From Nitrospirota bacterium (GTDB lineage Bacteria > Nitrospirota > Thermodesulfovibrionia > Thermodesulfovibrionales > Dissulfurispiraceae): 64,000 nt of DNA. The notes below the pieces were generated by a model, which was not told the origin of the DNA, made no database searches, and saw only the letters and a list, made by a program, of their open reading frames with translations. Location of the stretch: assembly GCA_040754455.1 (NCBI GenBank), contig JBFMCP010000005.1, positions 1-64,000 of the forward strand, in the 5' to 3' direction. Positions 59,012 through 64,000 of this stretch are shown here, in pieces (the first letter of the stretch is position 1; each line of letters opens with the position of its first letter). A program made the position numbers and the translations under genes.

Positions 59012-60994
59012 TCATATCTTCCTGTCTCGATCATATAATATGCCTTCGATCTCCGCCATCATCTGTTCGTCGGTAAAGTGATCACTGGTGATCGCCCTGG
59101 CAGGGCACGCAGCCACACAGGCGCCGCACCCCTGGCAGAGGGCAGCATCGATGTCCGCCTGATTGCTCTTCTCATTCATAGAAAGAGCACTATAGGGACA
59201 AAGATCAAGGCACATCCGGCATCCGCTGCACCGCTCCTTGTCGATGCTCGCCCGTATCGGCTCGAGCTCGATAGTCCCTTTATTAATAAGAGAAAGGATC
59301 TTTGCTGCAGCAGCGCCTGCCTGTGCAATGGTCTCGGTTATATCCTTCGGTCCCTGGCAGGCTCCTGCTACGAATATCCCCTCGCGCAGGGTAACGACCG
59401 GATCGAGCTTGGGATGCTTCTCTGCAAAGAATCCCTCGCTGTCGCATTCAACACCGAGCAGCCGGGCAACAGAGCGTGCATCGGCCCTCGCTTCCATGGC
59501 GGTGCTCAATACCACCATGTCCACGGGGATACGCCGCTGGATGCCGAGCAGTGTATCCTCAGCCTGGATGACGAGCTTGCCTTCTTCTTCAGGATAATAT
59601 GCCGAGTCCATAACAGTCGCCACCCGTCCCCTGACGAAATGGATCTTTTCACCCAGGAGCTTCTGGTAGAACTCCTCATAGGTCTTCCCCCCTGCCCTCA
59701 TGTCGATGTAAAAATTGTAGACAGAAGCCCCGGTCTTCTCCTTTATAAGGTGGGCGAACTTCAGCGAGTACATACAGCAGACCTTTGAACAATAATCGTG
59801 GTAGTTCTTATCGCGGCTCCCGACGCAATGGATAATCGCAACACTTTCAGGCTCGGCGACCCGGTCTCTGAGCATGACCTTTCCGCCGGTAGGCCCGGCA
59901 GCGCTCAGCATACGTTCAAGCTCGATACCAGTAAACACATTGGGGTATCTGCCGTACCCGTACTGCGGGATCCGCAGGGGATCAAAAAGATCAAAGCCCG
60001 TCGCAATAACGATATTCCCCACCGTAAGGGTAAGCGTTGTATCGCTCTGGTCGAACCGGACCGCCTGGGCAGGACACTCTTTCTCGCAGATCCTGCACTG
60101 GCCCAATTCGAAAAAGGAGCAGATGTTCCGGTCGATTACCGGATAACGGGGGACCGCGCCGGCAAAGGGAATGGCGCATGCCTTCCGCAAACCGAGTCCT
60201 GCCTCGAAATCGTTATCGTGCACCTCCTGCGGGCACTTCTGCTGGCAGATGCCGCATCCTATGCAACGGTCCTCGTCGATAAAGCGTGCCTTCTTTCTCA
60301 CTTTTATAGTGAAGCTGCCTGCCCTCCCCTTCGCTTCCTCAACCTCGCTATACGTCAGGAGCGTTATATGCGGGTGCCGGCGTACTGCTGCCATGCGCGG
60401 ATCGAGCATGCAGTCGGCGCAATCGAGGGTAGGAAAAGTCTTATCGAGCTGTGCCATGCGGCCACCGATACTCGGTGCCCTCTCCACCAGATAGACCTGC
60501 CTGCCCGCATCGGCTATCTCGAGTGCCGCCGTGATGCCGGCGATGCCTCCTCCGATGACAAGCGTATCAGGATTGACCGGCACCGATATCTTCGACAGAG
60601 GTTTGTGATGCAGGACCCGATGGACAGCAGCCGAGACCAGTGCCTTGGCCTTCTCGGTCGCAGCCGCCGTGTCGCCGGCAGTCCATGCATCATGCTCCCG
60701 CACATTGACGATCTCGCAAAAGTAGGGGTTCAATCCCGCCCGTGCACAGGCCTTCCTGAAGGTTGGTTCGTGCAGATGCGGCGAGCAGGCGACGATGACA
60801 ATACGGGAGAGACTGTTCTCCTTGATATCACGCTCGATCAACCCCTGCCCGTCGCCTGAACACATGAAACGGTCATCTCGGACAACAACGACATTGCCCA
60901 GCGTCGATGCAAAAGATGCGAGGGCTTTGATATCGAGACCCTCGGCGATATTCGTCCCGCAATGGCAGAGATAGACGCCTATCCTCTCACTCAT
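59012..60994 (-). CDS. hdrA: Heterodisulfide reductase subunit A
   Basis: CHCGTNIA, GGGIAG, KTFPTLDC, CVGSRD, CSKVCCMY. Confidence 0.96.
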   Translation of the reverse strand: MSERIGVYLCHCGTNIAEGLDIKALASFASTLGNVVVVRDDRFMCSGDGQGLIERDIKENSLSRIVIVACSPHLHEPTFRKACARAGLNPYFCEIVNVREHDAWTAGDTAAATEKAKALVSAAVHRVLHHKPLSKISVPVNPDTLVIGGGIAGITAALEIADAGRQVYLVERAPSIGGRMAQLDKTFPTLDCADCMLDPRMAAVRRHPHITLLTYSEVEEAKGRAGSFTIKVRKKARFIDEDRCIGCGICQQKCPQEVHDNDFEAGLGLRKACAIPFAGAVPRYPVIDRNICSFFELGQCRICEKECPAQAVRFDQSDTTLTLTVGNIVIATGFDLFDPLRIPQYGYGRYPNVFTGIELERMLSAAGPTGGKVMLRDRVAEPESVAIIHCVGSRDKNYHDYCSKVCCMYSLKFAHLIKEKTGASVYNFYIDMRAGGKTYEEFYQKLLGEKIHFVRGRVATVMDSAYYPEEEGKLVIQAEDTLLGIQRRIPVDMVVLSTAMEARADARSVARLLGVECDSEGFFAEKHPKLDPVVTLREGIFVAGACQGPKDITETIAQAGAAAAKILSLINKGTIELEPIRASIDKERCSGCRMCLDLCPYSALSMNEKSNQADIDAALCQGCGACVAACPARAITSDHFTDEQMMAEIEGILYDRDRKI

Positions 60995-61910
60995 TCTTTG
61001 TCCTCATCCGTTTTTTCGGCTCTTTTGTTTCAGGGCGCCCTACTTTCATTTTCGTGAGCACCGGTTCAGCGGAAACAATCTCTTTTCCGATGCCGAGGAC
61101 AAGCGGGTCAAGCCCGAAGGCCAGTCCCATGAGCTGGGTAAAGAAGAGGACAGGGATGTTGAAATGAGTATTAAAATGCTTATTCACATCATCCTGGTAG
61201 GCGTCGAGATTGATCTGGCATACCGGACAGAGGACCGCAATGGCGTCCGCTCCGCTCTTCTGAGCGCTCTTCAGTATCCTGCGCAGGAGCTCGTAGGCGG
61301 TGATCGCTTTTATATGGGGCATATGTCCGCCGCAGCAGTTCGATTTCATCGAGAATTCGGCCACTGTTGCGCCGAGTGCAGTGAGGATTCTATCCATAGA
61401 GGTCGGATGCTCGGGATGGTCGAACCCGTCACCCGGCCTCGTCAGCATACATCCGTAGAACGGGGCGATGCGCAGATTGCTGAGAGAGGTAGTCACTTTG
61501 GTGAAGAGTGCATCCACTCCCACATCGTTGAGAAAGATGTCGAGGAAATGGCGAATCCTGAGCACGCCAGGATTGTAGTGAAGTCCGCCTTCAGCAAGGG
61601 CGTCATTGACCGCCTCATTGATGTCAGGATGCTCATGCATCACCTTATCGGTCCTCCGCAGATTCGAAAAACAGAGGCTACAGGAGGTAATCACCTGGCT
61701 ATGCCCCTGAGGGACCAGAGCCAGGTTGCGCGCCGAGAGCGCGTAGTGGGCAAGACGGTTGATCGAGAGATACTCCGTAGCACCGCAGCAGTTCCAGTCG
61801 GGGATGTCGGTCAGCTCGATATTGAACAGCTCCATCACCGCTCTGGCCGACTGCGTGTAGGCTGCAGCCATGTGCTCTGAGGAGCAGCAGGGGAAAAGGG
61901 CGTATCTCAC
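60987..61910 (-). CDS. hdrB: Heterodisulfide reductase subunit B
   Basis: Two CCG domains (WNCCGA, YGC..CCGG..CPVC). Confidence 0.94.
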   Translation of the reverse strand: MRYALFPCCSSEHMAAAYTQSARAVMELFNIELTDIPDWNCCGATEYLSINRLAHYALSARNLALVPQGHSQVITSCSLCFSNLRRTDKVMHEHPDINEAVNDALAEGGLHYNPGVLRIRHFLDIFLNDVGVDALFTKVTTSLSNLRIAPFYGCMLTRPGDGFDHPEHPTSMDRILTALGATVAEFSMKSNCCGGHMPHIKAITAYELLRRILKSAQKSGADAIAVLCPVCQINLDAYQDDVNKHFNTHFNIPVLFFTQLMGLAFGLDPLVLGIGKEIVSAEPVLTKMKVGRPETKEPKKRMRTKNE

Positions 61911-62836
61911 GGTTTTCTTTCTCTCTCTTTAGCCTTGTTCACAATACGTCGCAGTTGCTCAATACCCTCGATCTTCGAGGGACCCAGGACGATCCGCTCC
62001 TTTTTGTAGAGTTTCAGTGCCAGCGAACCCCAGGAATGCCGGTCGGCGGGATTATGGTCCAGACGGTAGCGCATGGCGAGACCGAAATCGAAGCTGCGGC
62101 CGTACTTCTCGATGAGATTGATAAATGTCTTCGAGAAGTCATAGGCATCGGTGATCTTGACAATCCCCTCGCGCACTGCCATTTGCTTGAGGGTGTACAT
62201 GATATCGGTGATTGGGATCTGCTGGGGACATCGCACGGTGCAGTAATAGCAGGAGACGCAGAACCATGGAGTATTGCTCAAAAGGACCTCCTGCTTCAGC
62301 CCGGCCAGCAGCATGGCAAAGAGGTGGCGCGGCGTGTAATCCATGTCTTCGGCAGAAGGGCACGAGCCGCCGCATGTTCCACATTGCAGGCACCTCGTGA
62401 GCGTGCTCCCCTCCGGCGTTTCAGCCATAACCGCCTCCAGAAAGCTGCGGCCCTCTGTGGTTTCCCTATCCATCGCAATCCGCAGCCGTTCGCTTTTTTT
62501 CCTGAAGGGATTGTCGATCTGGTCAGCCCCGCTGACGAGCCGCTCTTTCTCGGCAGACACATCTTCCTGGTACATCTGAAAGGTCTCTTTTATTTCAACG
62601 AGATTGAACCCCTTGCTCTTGAGCGCGAAGATCCACTTTATTGTCTCGATAACGCTCTGGGGATAGAAGAATTTGACGCCGCCCGTACCCTGCCCTTTTC
62701 TGATCCCCTTGGGAAGCAGGCCCGACTGCACATAAAATTGGAAAGTCCTCTTGGTGAGCTTGTACCCCTCATCAGAGAGCAGTCTGATAATCTCGTCGAG
62801 CGTATAAAAAGGGATGGCATCCAAAGATGTTTCCAT
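61907..62836 (-). CDS. hdrC: HdrC with N-terminal MerR-type HTH domain
   Basis: TKRTFQFYVQSGLLP..GFNLVEIK followed by CLQCGTCGGSCP and CVSCYYCTVRCP. Confidence 0.88.
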   Translation of the reverse strand: METSLDAIPFYTLDEIIRLLSDEGYKLTKRTFQFYVQSGLLPKGIRKGQGTGGVKFFYPQSVIETIKWIFALKSKGFNLVEIKETFQMYQEDVSAEKERLVSGADQIDNPFRKKSERLRIAMDRETTEGRSFLEAVMAETPEGSTLTRCLQCGTCGGSCPSAEDMDYTPRHLFAMLLAGLKQEVLLSNTPWFCVSCYYCTVRCPQQIPITDIMYTLKQMAVREGIVKITDAYDFSKTFINLIEKYGRSFDFGLAMRYRLDHNPADRHSWGSLALKLYKKERIVLGPSKIEGIEQLRRIVNKAKERERKP

Positions 62837-62843
62837 CACTATA

Positions 62844-62872
62844 TATATACTGTTAGTAACAGCATCTGTCAA
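62844..62872 (-). promoter_or_regulatory. hdr promoter with a dyad in the -35/-10 spacer
   Basis: TTGACA-GATGCTGTTACTAACAG-TATATA. Confidence 0.65.
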
Positions 62873-62937
62873 GGAAAAAACACCATGGCGTGTAAAAAAG
62901 TAATATGACTTGCTGATTCAACATATTTTTTCGATAG

Positions 62938-62966
62938 TTGACAATATCATAGGGTATGCGTAAACT
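62938..62966 (+). promoter_or_regulatory. argS promoter
   Basis: TTGACA-N17-TAAACT, 8 nt before ATG. Confidence 0.7.
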
Positions 62967-62974
62967 TAAAAGTT

Positions 62975-64000
62975 ATGGAAAAAACTTTAAGAGAAATTCT
63001 CACGAAGATCGGGTATGCCGAGGTCGAAATCGAGGTACCGAAAGAGGAATCCTTCGGCGACCTGTCGACGCCCCTGCCGATGAGCCTCACCAAAGTCCTC
63101 AAAAAAGCGCCGCGAAAAATCGCCGAAGAGCTCGTTGCCAAAATCGAAGGCAGTGATATATTCGAAAGGGTCGAAATTGCCGGCCCGGGGTTTATCAACT
63201 TCACGTTCAAGAGATCATTTATTTTTAACGAGCTGAGAAGGCTCATTGCCGAACAGGAGGCCTTCTTGAAAGAGGATGTCGGCAGGGGCAGACGGATACA
63301 GATCGAATTCGTGAGCGCCAATCCCACCGGCCCTATGCATCTGGGCCATGGAAGGGGCGCAGCACTCGGAGCAGCGCTTTCCAACCTCCTTCAGGAGGCC
63401 GGCTTCAGTGTTGAGAAGGAATTCTATATCAACGATGCAGGACGCCAGGTCAGGCTGCTGGGACTTTCGGTCTTTGCAAAATACAAACATCTTTACGGCA
63501 TGAACTATTACGCCTTTCCCGAGGACGGCTACCGTGGAGCATACGTGGAAGACCTCGCACGGGAACTGCATGAAGCGTACGGCTCAAGCTTTGCGGACAA
63601 GGAGTTTGAGGAAGTAGCACCGACAGTGATCGATTTCGCCTATCAGAAGATGCTCGCAGTGATAAAAAAAGACCTCGAAGACTTCGGCGTCATCTTCGAT
63701 ACGTGGCAGAGCGAGAGAGAGCTTTATGCCAACGACGAGGTCAACAAGGCAATCGCCGATCTCAGAGAGCGCGGTTACATTTACGAAGAAGAAGGCGCCA
63801 CATGGTTCAGATCAACCGCCTTCGGCGATGACAAAGACAGAGTCATCATAAAGAAAGACGGCGAATACACCTATTTTGCGCCTGACATCGCTTACCATAG
63901 AAAGAAAATCCAAAAAGGTTTTGACGAGCTCATCGATATCTGGGGGGCCGACCACCACGGCTACATCCCGCGCATGCAGGCGGTCATACAGGCATTGGGC
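62975..64000 (+). CDS. argS: Arginine--tRNA ligase (runs off the window end)
   Basis: Own translation: MEKTLREIL..FGDLST..AGPGFINF..EFVSANPTGPMHLGHGRG..WGADHHGY. Confidence 0.97.
   Translation, partial: MEKTLREILTKIGYAEVEIEVPKEESFGDLSTPLPMSLTKVLKKAPRKIAEELVAKIEGSDIFERVEIAGPGFINFTFKRSFIFNELRRLIAEQEAFLKEDVGRGRRIQIEFVSANPTGPMHLGHGRGAALGAALSNLLQEAGFSVEKEFYINDAGRQVRLLGLSVFAKYKHLYGMNYYAFPEDGYRGAYVEDLARELHEAYGSSFADKEFEEVAPTVIDFAYQKMLAVIKKDLEDFGVIFDTWQSERELYANDEVNKAIADLRERGYIYEEEGATWFRSTAFGDDKDRVIIKKDGEYTYFAPDIAYHRKKIQKGFDELIDIWGADHHGYIPRMQAVIQALG

Noticed and set aside
55829..60994. Selenocysteine in MvhA, MvhD or HdrA
   Set aside because: All are full-length ORFs with Cys at the usual positions; this also means the window gives no independent proof of Sec usage
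62837..62872. TTG start for hdrC at 62872
   Set aside because: It is part of the TTGACA -35 box; ATG at 62836 fits better

Overview
Core chromosomal region of an anaerobic bacterium; gene order and content suggest Nitrospirota (Thermodesulfovibrionia-like), which is an inference. The left half holds an octaheme OTR-type cytochrome, argG-dprA-topA, a ccsA-hemA-hemC-cobA/hemD heme operon, a MoxR/DUF58/transglutaminase triad, a Ni/Co ECF transporter, a decayed IS1380 and housekeeping genes (tyrS, argJ, argC, rpsI, rplM, thiD, radA, rnc, fab). The right half is an energy cluster: diguanylate cyclase, heme-c sensor kinase plus response regulator, an octaheme nitrite reductase-napMADGH operon, a Hyb-type uptake hydrogenase, HdrCBA-MvhDGA, and partial argS. 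No rRNA, tRNA or CRISPR was seen. The best novelty candidates are: (1) an unannotated 67-codon Cys-rich ORF with an in-frame TGA in a CxxU position and a SECIS-like hairpin (candidate small selenoprotein); (2) HdrC fused to a MerR-type HTH, with a dyad in its own promoter spacer that recurs at the hyb promoter; (3) about 15 inverted short-tandem-repeat hairpins of several sequence families, some of them translated; (4) a terminator-like leader and nested His-rich gene in the Ni transporter; (5) many apparently leaderless genes and two genes lacking a canonical start.
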